NCBI GenBank assembly: GCA_977017645.1
Contig: OZ360222.1
Coordinates: forward strand, 205,530,001 to 205,594,000
Source: Torpedo marmorata
Taxonomy: Eukaryota
Length of the DNA: 64,000 nt
Direction: 5' to 3'
Below, one piece after another: positions 49,588 through 63,469 of the stretch. Made by a program: the position numbers and the translations under genes. A model generated the notes under the pieces. That model searched no databases, was not told where the DNA came from, and saw only the letters and a list, made by a program, of their open reading frames with translations. Every line of letters starts with the position of its first letter. Position 1 is the first letter of the stretch.

Positions 49588-51435
49588 TTAGAACCATAGA
49601 ACACTCCAGCACTGAAACAGGCCCTTCGGCCTTTCTAGTCTGTCCCGAAATATTATTCTGCCCAGTCCCACGGACTTCCACCCAGTCCATACCTCTCCCA
49701 TCCATGTACCTGTCCAAATTCTTCTTAAATGTTAAAATTGAGCCCGCATTCACCACTTCAGCTGGCAGCTCATCCCACACCCCCACCACTCTCTGTGTGA
49801 AGAAGTTCCCCCAATGTTCCCCTAAACTTCTCCCCTTTCACTCTTAACCCACGTCCTCTGGTTTGTATCTCACCTACCCTCAGTGGAAACAGCCTACTTG
49901 CATTAACTTTCTATACCCATTAAATTTTGAATACCTTCATCAAATCTCCCCTCATTCCTCTACGCTCCAGGGAATAAAGTCCTAACCTGTTTTACCTTTC
50001 CCTGTAACTCAGTTCCTCAAGTCCCGGCAACATCCGAGTAAGTCTTCACTTTTTCAATCGTACTGATATTGATATCTTTCTTGTAGTTAGGTGACCAAAA
50101 CTGCAGACTTCCAGAAGGCCTTTGATAAGGTCCCGCACGGGAGACTAGTGGGCAACATCAGGGAGCATGGTATTGGAGGTAAGGTGCTGACATGGATAGG
50201 AAATTGGTTAAGAAATAGGAAACAAAGGGTTGGGGTAAGCGGGTCTTTTTCAGGATGGCAGGATGTGACGAGTGGAGTGCCGCAGGGATCGGTGTTGGGT
50301 CCTCAGTTGTTTGTCATTTATGTAAATGATTTGGATGATGGGATTATTAATAACATGAGCAAATTTGCAGATGACACTAAACTGGGTGGCAGTGTAAAGT
50401 GTGAGGAGGATGTCAGGAAAATGCAGAGGGACTTGGACAGGTTGGGGGAGTGGGCTGAAGAATGGAAGATGAAGTTCAATGTGAGCAAATGTGAGGTTAT
50501 CCATTTTGGGAACAGTAATAGGAAAGCTGAGTATTATTTAAATGGAGACAAGCTAGGGAGTGGAGAAGTGCAAATGGATCTGGGTGTACTTGTTCACCGG
50601 TCACTGAAGGCTAACATGCAGGTTCAGAAAGCTGTGAAGAAGGCAAATGGCATGTTGGCTTTCATAAAGAGGGGATTGGACTATAGGAGCAGAGACGCCC
50701 TTCTGCAGTTGTACAGGGCCCTGGTGAGACCCCACCTGGAGTATTGCGTCCAGTTCTGGTCTCCAAATTTGAGGAAGGACATACTAGCTATAGAGGGTGT
50801 GCAGCGCAGATTTACAAGGTTAGTTCCAGGGATGGCAGGATTGACATATGCTGAAAGGCTAGAAAAACTGGACATATCCGATGGAGTTTAGAAGGATGAG
50901 GGGGGACATGATTGAGGTATACAAAATTATCAAGGGGATAGACAGGGTGAAGTCAGATTACTTGTTCCCAATGATGGGGGAGACGAGGACTAGAGGGCAT
51001 AGTTTAAGAATACAGGGAAGGCCCTTTAGGACGGAGATGAGGAAAAAAATTTTTACCCAGAGAAGTGTGAATCTGTGAAATGCTCTGCCACAGAGGGTGG
51101 TAGAGGCAGATTCGCTGATTATGTTCAAAAGAGAGTTAGATAAGACTCTAGTGGGCAGAGGAGTTAAGGGTTATGGGGATAAGGCTGGAAAGGGGTACTG
51201 ATAGTAGTGATCAGCCATGATCTGTAAAATGGCGGTGCTGGCTCGACGGGCCGAAGGGCCTACTCCAGCTCCTATTATCTATTGTCTATTGCAGACAATA
51301 TTCCAAATTTGGCCTCACCAATGTCTTGTACAACTTTACCATAACATCCTAAATCCGATACTCAACACTTGGATTTATGAAGGCCAATGATCCAAAAGCT
51401 CTCTTTACAACCCTATCTACCTGTGACGCCATTTT
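49588..51435 (-). mobile_element. CR1 3' fragment (parts 49588-50108 and 51290-51435) interrupted by a sense CR1
   Basis: Same family as 1-837; sequence gtgaccaaaactgcagac|aatattccaaatttggcctcacc is continuous once the insert is removed. Confidence 0.88.
50109..51289 (+). mobile_element. CR1 RT to 3' end
   Basis: ORF 50091-50891 [29 protein letters not shown]; (tctattg)n tail; 7-bp TSD tgcagac at 50102-50108 and 51290-51296. Confidence 0.93.
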
Positions 51436-52156
51436 CCATATTAACAGCCAAATCATCACTAACAAATACTGATGGAAACCAGGCTGATCATGACTATGAG
51501 CTGCAGTTGCTGAATTCAGTGTTGAGCCCAGAATGAGTGTTTATTGTTGTATACACAAGTACAATGTACAGATGCACTGAAATTCTTCCTGGCTGCAGCC
51601 AAACGGTCACATAAGATGCACCAACTACAATTAAATTACCACCATGTGCTGGGACTGAAGACTGTGATATGTGGAACAGAAAGTTGAGGTGCTGTTTCTC
51701 AGCTTCATTTTGGGTGCTTTGAGCTGCACTGCCCGTGGGGTATAAAACACGACCAGCTTCCGTGTCTGCTACCTTCATTGTTTCAGAAACATCCCAGGGT
51801 CCTTTGCAGGAATATTGTCAAAGGAAAATAATACTGCACCTCACAAAAACAAGTTTGGGCAGATAAAATCTTGGTGTAGAGGAAGGCAAACTAGAGGCAA
51901 AGGAGGAAATGACTGGTCAAGTTGTTTCAGCATGTTTAGCTTGCAACAGGAAGAGAGTGAGAGAATGGTTCAGAGCAGATCAATGCATTGTGATAAGCCT
52001 GAGACAGCTCAGGCTCTCAGAGAGATATTGAACTTCACTGATTGTTGTGTGGACTCCATCAGAATGCATCCCATGTTTAGTAAAGGTTATTAACCTGATA
52101 TGTTGACAGGTTTCCACTTTGAAACCCATCTCATGAATTTGAGAAACTCTTCAGTG

Positions 52157-54968
52157 AAAACATAGAAACATAGAAAATAGGTGCAGAAGTAGGCCATTCG
52201 GCCCTTCGAGCCTGCACTGCCATTCAGTATGATCATGGCTGATCATCCAACTCAATACCCTGTACCTGCTTTCTCACCATACCCCCTGATCCCCTTAGCC
52301 ACAAGGACCACATCTAACTCCCTCTTAAATATAGCCAATGAACTGGCCTCTACTGTTTCCTGTGGCAGAGAATTCCACAGATTCACCACTCTCTGTGTGA
52401 AGAAATTTTTCCTCATCTCAGTCCTAAAAGATTTCCCCCTTATCCTTAAACTGTGACCCCTGGTTCTAGACTTTCCCAACATCGGGAACAATCTTCCTGC
52501 ATTTAGCCTATCCAATCCCTTAAGAATTTTACATGTTTCAATAAGATCCCCCCTCAATCTTCGAAATTCCAGTGAGTATAAGCCTAGTCGGCCAAGTCTT
52601 TCTTCATATGAAAGTCCTGCCATCCCAGGAATCAATCTGGTGAATCTTCTCTGCACACCCTCTATGGGAAGAATGTCTTTCTTCAGATTAGGAGACCAAA
52701 ACTGTACACAATACTCCAGGTGTGGTCTCACCAAGGCCCTGTACAACTGCAGCAGAACCTCCCTGCTCCTATACTCAAATCCCCTTGCTATAAATACCAA
52801 CATACCATTCACCTTTTTCACTACCTGCTGTACCTGCATGCCCACTTTCAAAGACTGGTGTACAATGACACCCAGGTCTCGTTGCACCTCTCCTTTTCCT
52901 AATCGGCCACCATTCAGATAATAATCTGCTTTCCTGTTCTTGCCACCAAAGTGGATAACCTCACATTTATCCACATTATACTGCATCTACCATGCATTTG
53001 CCCACTCACCCAACCTATCCAAGTCCCCCTGCATCCTTTTTTCATCCTCCTCACAGCTAATACTGCCGCCCAGCTTCGTGTCATCCGCAAACTTGGAGAT
53101 GTTGCGTTCAATCCCCTCGTCTAAATCATTAATATATATTGTAAATAACTGGGGTCCCAGCACCGAGTATTGCGGTACCCCACTAGTAACTGCCCGCCAT
53201 TCTGAAAAGGACCCGTTTATTCCCACTCTCTGCCTCCTGTCTGCCAACCAATTCTCTACCCACATCAATACCATACCCCCAATACCGTGTGCTTTAAGTT
53301 TGCACACTAATCTCCTGTGTGGGACCTTATCAAAAGCCTTTTGAAAATCCAAATATACCACATCCACTCCCTTATCTACTCTACTAGTTACATCCGCGAA
53401 AAATTCTATAAGATTCATCAGACATGATTTTCCTTTCATAAATCCATGCTGACTTTGTCCGATGATTTCACTGCTTTCCAAATGTGCTGCTATCACATCT
53501 TTAATAACTGACTCTAGCATTTTCCCTACTACCGACGTCAGGCTAACTGGTCTGTAATTCCCTGTTTTCTCTCTCCCTCCCTTTTTGAAAAGTGGGATTA
53601 CATTAGCTACCCTCCAATTCTCAGGAACTACTCCAGAATCTAAAGAGTTTTGAAAAATTATCACTAATGCATCCACTATTTCTGGGGCTACTTCCTTAAG
53701 CACTCTGGGATGCAGACTATCTGGCCCTGGGGATTTATCTGACTTTAATCCCTTCAATTTACCTAACACAACTTCCCGACTAACATGTATTTCCTTCAGT
53801 TCTTCCATCTCATTAGACCCTCGGACCCCTACTATTTCCAGAATATTATTTATGTCCTCCTTAGTGAAGACAGAATCAAAGTAGTTATTCAATTGGTCTG
53901 CCATGTCCTTGTTCCCCATGATCAATTCACCTGTTTCTGTCTGCAAGGGACCTACATTTGTCTTAACTAATCTTTTTCTCTTCACAAATCTGTAAAAGCT
54001 TTTACAGTCAGTTTTTATGTTCCCTGCCAGCTTTCTCTCATAATCTATTTTCCCTTTCCTAATTAAGCCCTTTTTCCTCCTCTGCTGGACTCTGAATTTC
54101 TTCCAGTCCTCAGGCATGGTGCTTTTTCTGGCTAATTTATACGTTACTTCTTTGGATTTGATACTATCCCTGATTTCCCTTGTTAGCCACGGGTGCACTA
54201 TCTTCCCTGGTTTATTCTTTTGCCAAACTGGGATGAACAATTGTTGTAGTTCATCCATGCGATCTTTAAATTCTTGCCATTGCATATCCACCGTCAACCC
54301 CTTAAGTATCATTTGCCAGTCTATCTTAGCCAATTCACATCTCATACCCTCAAAGTTACCCTTTTTTAAGTTCAGAACTCTTGTTTCTGAATTAACTATG
54401 TCACTCTCCATCTTAATGAAGAATTCCACCATATTATAGTCACTCTTGCCCAAGGGGCCTCGCACAACAAGATTGCTAACTAACCCTTCCTCATTGCTCA
54501 ATGCCCAGTCTAGAATGGCCTGCTCTCTAGTTGGTTCCTCGACATGTTGGTTTAGAAAACCATCCCGCAAACATTCCAAGAAATCCTCTTCCTCAGCACC
54601 CTTACCAATTTGGTTCACCCAGTCTATATGTAGATTAAAGTCACTCATTATAACGGCTGTAACTTTGTTGCACGCATTTCTAATTTCCTGTTTAATGCCA
54701 TCCCCAGCCTCACTACAACTGTTAATTGGCCTATACACAACTCCCACCAGCGTTTTCTGCCCCTTAGTATTTTGCAGCTCTACCCATATCGATTCCACAT
54801 CCTCCAAGCTAATGTCCTTTCCTTTGTATCGTGTTAATCTCCTCCCTAACCAGCAGCGCAACCCCACCTCTTTTTCCTATCTGTCTATCCTTCCTGAATA
54901 TTGAATATCCCTGGATGTTGAGCTTCCAGCCTTGGTCACCCTGGAGCCATGTCTCTGTGATCCCAACA
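52157..54968 (-). mobile_element. CR1 (HER1-like) ORF2, endonuclease + RT, nearly complete
   Basis: [33 protein letters not shown]; single stop at 52987 between ORFs 52987-54867 and 52252-52986; (tttctatg)n tail. Confidence 0.95.
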
Positions 54969-55343
54969 AGTGTCCCCTCGGCTGAATTTGTTTTGTTTTG
55001 ATTCAAATCGCAGATTAGAGGTCTTGGACCATCTTTATGGTGAGCACCACGTTTAATTTAAAAGCAAAGATAAATATTTTGTTTACACTTTATCGGTGTA
55101 TCACAAGATGGATTCAAATGACATCCTTGAGCAAGTTGCAAAGTACTCGCGACGTTTCTTTTTTTTTCATTTTGAATTGTGGACAAGAACAAAGTGTTCA
55201 AGGTCATTGACAGAATATGACATGTACACAAAATGCAGCAAGGCTCAACAGGTTTGCCAGAATCTCAGAAGAGGGAAGGCAAATTAGTGTTACCTGTATT
55301 ACCCCTCTATCGGAACTAGAGAAAGAATTATATATAACATAAA

Positions 55344-55563
55344 AGGTAAAGGTTCCATTATTGTCACGTAATACCACATTTAGAATGTAACATACATGAA
55401 ATTCTTTAATTTTTGTCTACCGTAAAGCAGACAGAGGGTCGCTACTTTGTCCAGCGCCCCTCACAGAAACCTACAGCACCTGGTGTTCCTAGGCGGTCTC
55501 CCTTCCAAGTACTGACCAGTCCTGTGCCTGCTTAGCTTCCGAGATCAGACAATCCAGTGGTAT
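55344..55563 (-). mobile_element. 5S rRNA-derived SINE (SINE3 type), copy 2
   Basis: Minus strand tctgatctcggaagctaagcagg...gtacttggaagggagaccgcctaggaacaccaggtgctgtagg plus the same tail as copy 1, ending (accttt)2; possible TSD acataaa. Confidence 0.9.
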
Positions 55564-58500
55564 ACATAAACTGGTCAGTTCTCTCTAAATAGTGACTGAC
55601 TGAGAGTAGTTTTGATTTTGTTTCAGATTTTTAAAAAAATATTTTATTTAAAATTTTAAATCACAAAATACATAAGATAAAATATAAAATTATCAAACTA
55701 CATGTGATACATTTTCACCCCCCACCCCCGCCTCCCTCCCCTCCCTAACCCTCTGACCCCTTCTAATCTAATAAAGATAAAAAGAAAGAAAGAAAGAAAA
55801 AGATAGTATTAGGAGAATGTCAATCTATAAAAAAACCTCAATAACTAATTTTATTATGGAGGATAGGTTTGCTAGTCAGATCCAATGTCCAGAGATCTTC
55901 AAATCCTTAAACCAACAACTTTCATATAAGGGCTCCATATTTTCAAAAAGAAATGATATTTATTACGTAAATTATAAGTAATTTTTTCAAGTGGTATACA
56001 AGAACGAAATTCTGCATGCCATCTTTCTAACCCTAAATCTACATCAGATTTCCAAGTAATAGCAATGCATTTCTTAGAAATAGCTAAAGCAATTCGCAAA
56101 AATTCTATTTGATACAAATTTAATTTCATCTTAATACTAACTCTTTTAATATCTCCAAATAAAAATATCATAGGGTCCATTGGGAATGTAATTTTTAATA
56201 CTTTATATGAAAACTTTTAAACTTTCAACCAAAAATCATAAACCTTTGGACAAAACCATGTTGAATGTACAAAAGAACCTTCCTCTGTATTACATCTAAA
56301 ACATAAGCCTGATAATGTCGCGTTAAATTTCTTTAATTTTTTAGGCGTTAAATATTGTTGGTGAAAAAAATTGTATTGAACTAATCTATATCTAACATTA
56401 AAAATTTTCGTCATACTTGGTTTACATAATTCTTTCCAATGATCTTCATCTATTGTTACATTCAAATCTGATTCCCATTTTAATCTTGATTTATGAATTC
56501 CTACTTTAGGGATGTTTCTCTGTAACAATCTATACATTTGGGAAATAAATTTATTTACACCCCCGTTAGTAACTAATAATTCAAACTCACTCTGTCTTGG
56601 TAAAATCAAATTATAACCTAATTTGCCAACTAAAAATGCTCTAATTTGATAATAAGCAAAAAGTGTATTATCCAATATATTGAATTTATCTTTCATTCTT
56701 TGAAAGGTAATAAATTTACCAGCTTCAAAACAATCATTTATTTTCTTAATTCCTTTTTGAAACCAAATTTTAAATAATTGATTATAGACAGTAAATGGAA
56801 TAAGTTCATTTTGATATAAAGGCATTTTTGGAGAAATCAACCGTTTTCCTCCTATTTCGCTATCCACTCTATTCCATATTTCTAACAAATGTTTAAAAAT
56901 AGGAGAGTTCTCCCTTCTTGTTAATATTAATTTAGAATTCCATTTATAAATAACTACTTCTTTAAAATCTTCTCCTATATTATTTAATTCTATTCTAATC
57001 CAAGCAGAAGACTTAGTTAAATCAAAAAATTCATTAACAAATTTTAATTGAGCTGCTTTATAAAATAATTTTGAAAATTAGGAAGATGTAAACCACCCAT
57101 TTCATAATTCCAAGTTAATTTCTCTATACCTACTCTAGCCAACTTTCCTTTCCACAGAAACTTCCTAATAATTAAATTTAAATCTTTAAAAAATTTTTGA
57201 GGAATTTCATAAGGTATTGATTGAAAAAGCTATTGAATTCTTGGAAAAACATTCATTTTAATACAATTTACCCTTCCTATTAAAGTTATAGGTAAATCCT
57301 TCCAACTCTTTAAATCTTTTTTAATTTTGATAAATAATGGTAAATAATTTAATTTATATAAATTAGCTAATTTTGTATCAATCTTTATTCCCAAATATTT
57401 AATTCCTTCTTTTGCCCATTTAAATTGTGTAATTTCTTTACATTTACTATAATCCCCTTGAGTTAATGCCATAATTTCACTTTTGTCAGAATTAATCTTA
57501 TAGCCAGATGTTTCCCCGTATTCTCTCAATAAAACAGTCAATTGTATTAAAGAAGTAATAGGTTTTGTCATATAAATCAATACGTCATCTGCAAATAAAC
57601 TAATTTTATGCTCTTCTCTCCCAACTTTAATACCTGCAATCTTAATATCTTGTCTAGTTGATCTGGTCAAAGGAAATTTTAAAGAAATTTGTCTATTTGT
57701 AACGACTTTAGCAGATGGTTCTTTATATACAGTTTTAATCCAATTAATAAATGTAGTTCCAAAACCAAATTTCTCCATGACCTTAAATAAATAATTCCAC
57801 TCTAATCTATCAAAAGCCTTTTCAGCATCTAACGTTAATACTAATGCTAAATCATCCTTCTTTTTATCCACATTAATTAAACTAATGAATCTAGCTGTAT
57901 TATCCTTTGAATATCTATTTTTAATAAAACCAGCTTGATTTACATGGATTAAATCTGGTAAATAATTAGCCACTCTATTTGCTAAAATTTTTGGCATTAT
58001 CTTGTAGTCCACATTTAACAATGAAATTGGTCTATATGATTCTGTTTTTAACACATCTCTATCTTTTTTAGGTATAACTGTAATTATTGCATTTGAAAAT
58101 GTATCCGGTAATGAATGAGTTTCCGTTATTTGTTTCAACACGCCCATATATGGAGATAACAATAAATCTTTAAATTCCTTATAAAATTCTGATGGGAAAC
58201 CATCTTCCCCTGGAGATTTACCACTCGTTAAGGAAGTAAGAACCTCATTAACTTCCCTCATTGAAAAAGATGAATCCAAAAATTCTTTACTTTGAGTATT
58301 TAATCTAGGTAACTTAATTTTAGATAAAAATCTATTAATTTTAGAATCATCTTGATCAATCTGAGAGTTATATAGATTCAAATAATAATCTTTAAAAGAA
58401 TCATTTATTTCTCGAGGTTTATATGTTATTTTCTTAGAATTCTTTTTTATAGCATTTATAGTTCTAGAAATTTGATCTTTCTTTAATTGCCACGGTAACA

Positions 58501-58973
58501 CTTTATGTGCTCTTTCTCCCAATTCATAATATCTTTGTTTAGTTCTTTCAATTAATTTTTCCATTTTGTATGTTTGTAACAAATTATAATGCAATTTTTT
58601 TCCAACTAAATTAATCCTTTTTTCTTCTGATCTCTTTTTTGCAAGTCCTTCTCCAAACATTCAATCTCTCTCTCCAAATTATCCACCTCTCGAAGATAGT
58701 CCTTCTTAATTTTTGCCGAATAACTTATTATTTGACCTCTTAAATAAGCCTTTAAAGCTTCCCAAATAATAAATTTATTATCAGTCGAATTAGAATTTAT
58801 TTGTAAAAATTCCTGAATTTCCCTTATATAATCACAAAAATCCATTCTTTTTAATAAAGAAGAATTAAATCTCCACCTATATATAGTTTTTTCTTTTTCT
58901 GGAATTATACAAGACATTAATAAAGGCGAATGATCAGAAGTTATTCTCGCTTTGTAAGATGCTTGTGTTACTC

Positions 58974-59623
58974 TGTATTACGGTGACTTCGTTCCAACAA
59001 TAGTCACCTGGAGGCTAAGTGTGGTCCTTGTCTTTGACGCGTTTTAATCAATTTACTAACAAAGTCCAATATGTTCAAAAACCTTTATTTACACACATGA
59101 CTTGCAGTAATCTTCAATGACTTTAATATAAACAGTTCTTGTAAACGATGTATGATGAGTTCCTTTAAATAATTCTTTAAACAATTCCAAAACGATATGA
59201 AAACACTGTAGAACGATGTAAAAGTTATAAAACGATATAAAACGGTCAATAAAGATGTGGAGACCTCACTCACCCTCCAAACATCTTATTCCTTTCCTTT
59301 TCTCTCTCTCTATGCTTGATTTGCGCATGCCGATTAGCTCCTAAACCAATGCGCATCCTACCCCGCGCATACTACATTTCCCAGACCGCAACGCGCACAA
59401 TGACGTCACTCCACACTGCGCATGCGCCCGTCGGCACTCCCGCGCATGCGCATATCAAAGAACGGGCCGACGACGGCCTACAGAACAACGCGAGTGCTCC
59501 ATGGCCCGACGTGGCCTAGGAGCGCTCCGAGGACGGCCTACAGAACTACGCGAGCGCTCCAAGGCCCGACGAGACATCGGAGCGCCGCAACAACGGTAAG
59601 TTAATGAGCCTACGGCTCTTACA
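58974..59623 (-). mobile_element. Solo LTR (Gypsy or ERV type) inserted in the L1 endonuclease domain
   Basis: TGTA...TACA termini; target actc duplicated; L1 reading ...QVQDRV|TQASYKARITSDHSP rejoins after removal; AATAAA/ATTAAA on - strand near the 3' end; CpG-rich U3-like half. Confidence 0.75.
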
Positions 59624-60548
59624 CTCTGTCTTGAACTTGTGAAGACAATAAAAACAGATCTATCCTAGAATATGAATCATGTCTAAAAGAGTAAAAAGAG
59701 TAGTCTTTTTCTCTAGGATTTAATTTTCTCCAAATATCTATTAAATTTAAGTCTTTCATCAAAGTAAGAACTCTTTTGGCAATTTTAGATTTAGCAACTG
59801 ATCTTGATGTTTTATCCATTATCGGATCTAAACAACAATTAAAATCCCCACCAATTAAAATATTGTCATTAGCTTCTGACAAATGCAAAAAAGAATCTTG
59901 AATAAATTGTTCATCATCCGCATTTGGTACATATATATTCATAAGTGTCCACAATTCCGAATATATCTGACAATGTATTAAAACATATCTACCTGCCACA
60001 TCTATAACCACAGATTGTATTTTAAAGGGTAACTTTTTATTAATTAATATGGCTACTCCTCTTGCTTTAGAATTAAATGAAGAAGCAACCACTTGACCAA
60101 CCCATTCTCTTTTTACCTTCTGATGTTCCAAATCTGTCAAATGGGTCTCTTGTAAAAAAGCTATATCTACCTTTAAATTTTTAATATGCGCTAAAGTTCT
60201 CTTCCTTTTAATCGGGTTATTTAGCCCATTTATATTAATACTTACTACATTTATTGTTTTACTATCCATCATTACTAAATTTTATTAAATCTCTCTCCAT
60301 CAAATCCACTAGCACCTTCCTCCAGAATCGTAATCTATTTGACATCTCCTTAAAAGGAAAAAGAAAAAAACAAGAAAATAGAAAAGAAACAAAACCCCAA
60401 TGAATACAATACTGGTAGAATTACCCCAGTATTACCCCCCTCCATTACTCAAGAAGTGGCCCTCACCACTAAGGTGGTATGTGGCTAGGAAGGAGAACAA
60501 AAAGTCCACCCCCCCAACAGATTCTACACAACATTTATTATCATAACT

Positions 60549-61943
60549 TCATTTAGCTTCTTCAAGATCCTTATGAACTTGTTCTTCATCAAACTCGACC
60601 TCGACCTCCTCCTCTTTTCCTGAAGTACTTGGCAAAGAAACTTGCGACGGTGAAATCTCTTGAACTTGGTGATGATCCATCAAATCTTGATCTTTCTTCA
60701 AATAAGGAAGAGAATTTGCATATTGGAGCGCTTGTTGGCAATCCGTAAAAAAACGAGATTGATTTTCTGCAAACTGAACCTTCAAAACCGCAGGATATCT
60801 AAAGGAAAACTTATATCCCTTATTCCAAAAAATCGCTTTTGCTGGGTTAAATTCCTTTCGTTTTTTGACTATAGTTGAACTCAAATCAGGATAAAAGAAA
60901 ACTCTGTTTCCCTGAACCATCAGTGGAGTCTTATGTATTTTAGCATTTTGGATAGCTACTTTCAGTTCTTTCTCTTTGTCCGGATACCGAAGACATTTAA
61001 CCAAAACTGATCGTGGTCTCTGACCAGCATACTGGTTCCGTCTACCAACTCTATGCGCTCTCTCTAACTCTAATTTATTATCTAAACCCAAAACATCTGA
61101 AATCCATTCCTGAAAAAATTCAGTCGTATCATAACTTTCAAAATTTTCAGGGAGTCCCACAATTTTAATATTATTCCTCCGGCTTTGATTTTCCAATACA
61201 TCCAACTTTTGTAAAAGTTCATTTCTTTGTTGTTCCCAACCTGTAAATGAATCTTCTATTTTCTCAACTCTATCCTTATAATCCACCAGTCCTACATAAT
61301 TTTCTTTAACTTCTTTATCAATTTCTTGAATTTTCGCTTTCACTGTATTCACAATGATTGTCTGTCTTTTCATATCTTGTTTCATATCTTTAATATCTTC
61401 TTCAATTCCATTGAGCCTATGTTCCAAACGGTATTCCATTTTTGAAATAGCCTTAAGTATTTGTTGAGTTTGCGGTGTTCGAAATTCTTCATCAGTTGAA
61501 TCCTCAGCCTCTCCCTCCATTTCTCCCATTTCTTCTTCTATCATTCCTTTCTTCTCTTTCTTCTTATCTTCTGAATCTGAAGAAGTTTCGGGTCCCACAA
61601 CATATTGTAATGTTTGTGGGATATCTCCTCTGCTGTCAGATTTATCTGACAGCTCCCATTGTCTATCGCGCATGCGCACCGTTTCGCGCATGCGCGGTTG
61701 CTCCGGCAGAATTTGTAGTTTTGTAGTTTTTCTTCGAGCACCGGTGCCATCTTCCCCAGCTCCCTGGGAGAGCAGCGCCGGCGCTACAGTCGATCTCGGC
61801 GCCCTCGTTCGAGCAGTCCTGGGAGGGAGGGTTACCTGAACCTGAGGCTCCATCATGCAGGTAGGACGATCTTCTTCTTGAAGTAAAGTTTGTTGAAACA
61901 TTGCTTTCTTTGCCTTTTGATCTTTCGTTTTTCTTGAGGTCAT
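60549..61943 (-). CDS. L1 ORF1 protein (coiled coil + RRM + CTD), uninterrupted 464 aa
   Basis: LENQSRRNNIKIVGLPE, LERAHRVG, PRSVLVK, FYPDLS, YPAVL motifs. Confidence 0.93.
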   Translation of the reverse strand: MTSRKTKDQKAKKAMFQQTLLQEEDRPTCMMEPQVQVTLPPRTARTRAPRSTVAPALLSQGAGEDGTGARRKTTKLQILPEQPRMRETVRMRDRQWELSDKSDSRGDIPQTLQYVVGPETSSDSEDKKKEKKGMIEEEMGEMEGEAEDSTDEEFRTPQTQQILKAISKMEYRLEHRLNGIEEDIKDMKQDMKRQTIIVNTVKAKIQEIDKEVKENYVGLVDYKDRVEKIEDSFTGWEQQRNELLQKLDVLENQSRRNNIKIVGLPENFESYDTTEFFQEWISDVLGLDNKLELERAHRVGRRNQYAGQRPRSVLVKCLRYPDKEKELKVAIQNAKIHKTPLMVQGNRVFFYPDLSSTIVKKRKEFNPAKAIFWNKGYKFSFRYPAVLKVQFAENQSRFFTDCQQALQYANSLPYLKKDQDLMDHHQVQEISPSQVSLPSTSGKEEEVEVEFDEEQVHKDLEEAK

Positions 61944-63469
61944 TATTAAACTTTTAGTACAGACTTTTAACCTATTTTAAAACTAAATAAAGTATCATAT
62001 ATACGATTTTTGATTAAATCCGTGGGGAGAGGTGTATTTCAATGTCTCCGTCCTACGCCATCAAACCACGCCCCCTCGATTTTGTTTCAGCTTATACTAT
62101 TTTTGATGAATCAATTTGTGATGGAAAGTGAACAGGTGTGTTATCGTGAAAGAGCAAATTGTGTGATTTGAGTTGAAATTAATGTGGAAGGAAAATAAAT
62201 GAATTTAAAACTGTATTCTTGACACTTACCATATATGTCTTTCTTTTAGAAAGGACAGTAAAATACAAACATATTGAAGATTATTTTTCTTTTATTGTTT
62301 GGGTAAAACACTGAGGTATTTTAAGTTGCACAGTCATCCCAATGAGTGCAGAGCTTTAACAGTGACATCACAAAGATAATGATATGACATCAGTTTATAT
62401 TGCTAGTTTGTTGCAACATCATCTCCATTCATGGAGGCACCTTATGTATTACTGTAGTAAATTGCACCGGGAAGCAATTTTGGTAATTACTGAATCGTAG
62501 AATTTTGCATTGAAAGCAGCAACTAAGGTACAAGAAGAGAGCTCTTGGGTCCAATATCTTGGGCCATAATCCTCCTCCAAATGAACTGACAGATGAAGGG
62601 TTATTTTATTTGTTATTTAATTTGGAACGAGAATCTCTTATGCTATGTTTTGTTCACCTGCATCAATATTGCTTAAGGTGGACGTATGTTTCCAGTCTCC
62701 TCAATGACCTTTTTAGACCACTGTATTGAGGAATTAATTGTTTCCCAATGTGGGATTTCGGTTGACAACATAGCAGCCCCCTGTCAGCCCTCCATTCACT
62801 GAAGGCTCACACCATAAATGGAGTTGAGGCCAGTCCTCCTTGTCTCAAGGTAGAAAGTTGGTGACCTGATGGAACATTACAGTCCTGTTGGTCAAGTTGA
62901 ATATTATTAATGGAAAGGAACAGTGAATTTGATATTGCATTTTTTTCTTTACATTTATTCTGTTCAGCTTTCGTTGAATGCTGGAAATGCTTCAAGTTTT
63001 GAAAGCTTTGTGTTGGTTGAGTTCCAGTGTGTCAGCTCCCCCACCTTGACTTGGAGTTGGCCAAAAATCTCATTTCAAATTGATTAATATATTTTTAAAG
63101 ACTTGAATATAATATCTGAATGAATAACCTTCAAAATGTCAACATCTGCAAGGAAATGTATGTTTTAGGGTCGAACTGAAAAAAAGAGTGCTCATTGAAT
63201 TTTTTTGGAAGAGAAGATTCATTTTAACATTTTGCTTATCCATATTTATTTTCCTCAAACCGTTTTGCTAACATCAAGGAAAGATATTAGGCACACTCAC
63301 CACTTTGCCCCTTCTTTTCTCACTCTCAATTTCTCCATCCATCCTTTCCCCCTTTTCTTTGCTCTTTTCCTTCCATTCTGTTTTCAGATTTTTTGTGTGT
63401 GATTGTGTTGGCTCACCAAATCTCCAAGCTGAACTGGAGTTGGGTGTGTCCTTTCACTAACTACTGTTC

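Larger units (their letters stand above)
55627..62075 (-). mobile_element. Full-length L1 LINE (5' UTR, ORF1, spacer, disrupted ORF2, 3' UTR)
   Basis: 5' end gggggcgtggtttgatggcg; TSD tYgattttgtttcag at 55612-55626 and 62076-62090; ORF2 pieces 59619-60272 (APE), 58606-58917, 57230-58660 (RT), 56217-56888, 55899-56180. Confidence 0.97.

Noticed and set aside
52940-54904. Plus-strand ORFs over the CR1, and minus-strand ORFs over Rex1 copies
   Set aside because: Antisense shadows of RT coding sequence.
62100-63450. Possible further exons or conserved non-coding elements
   Set aside because: No convincing acceptor/ORF/donor combination or recognisable motif without comparative data.
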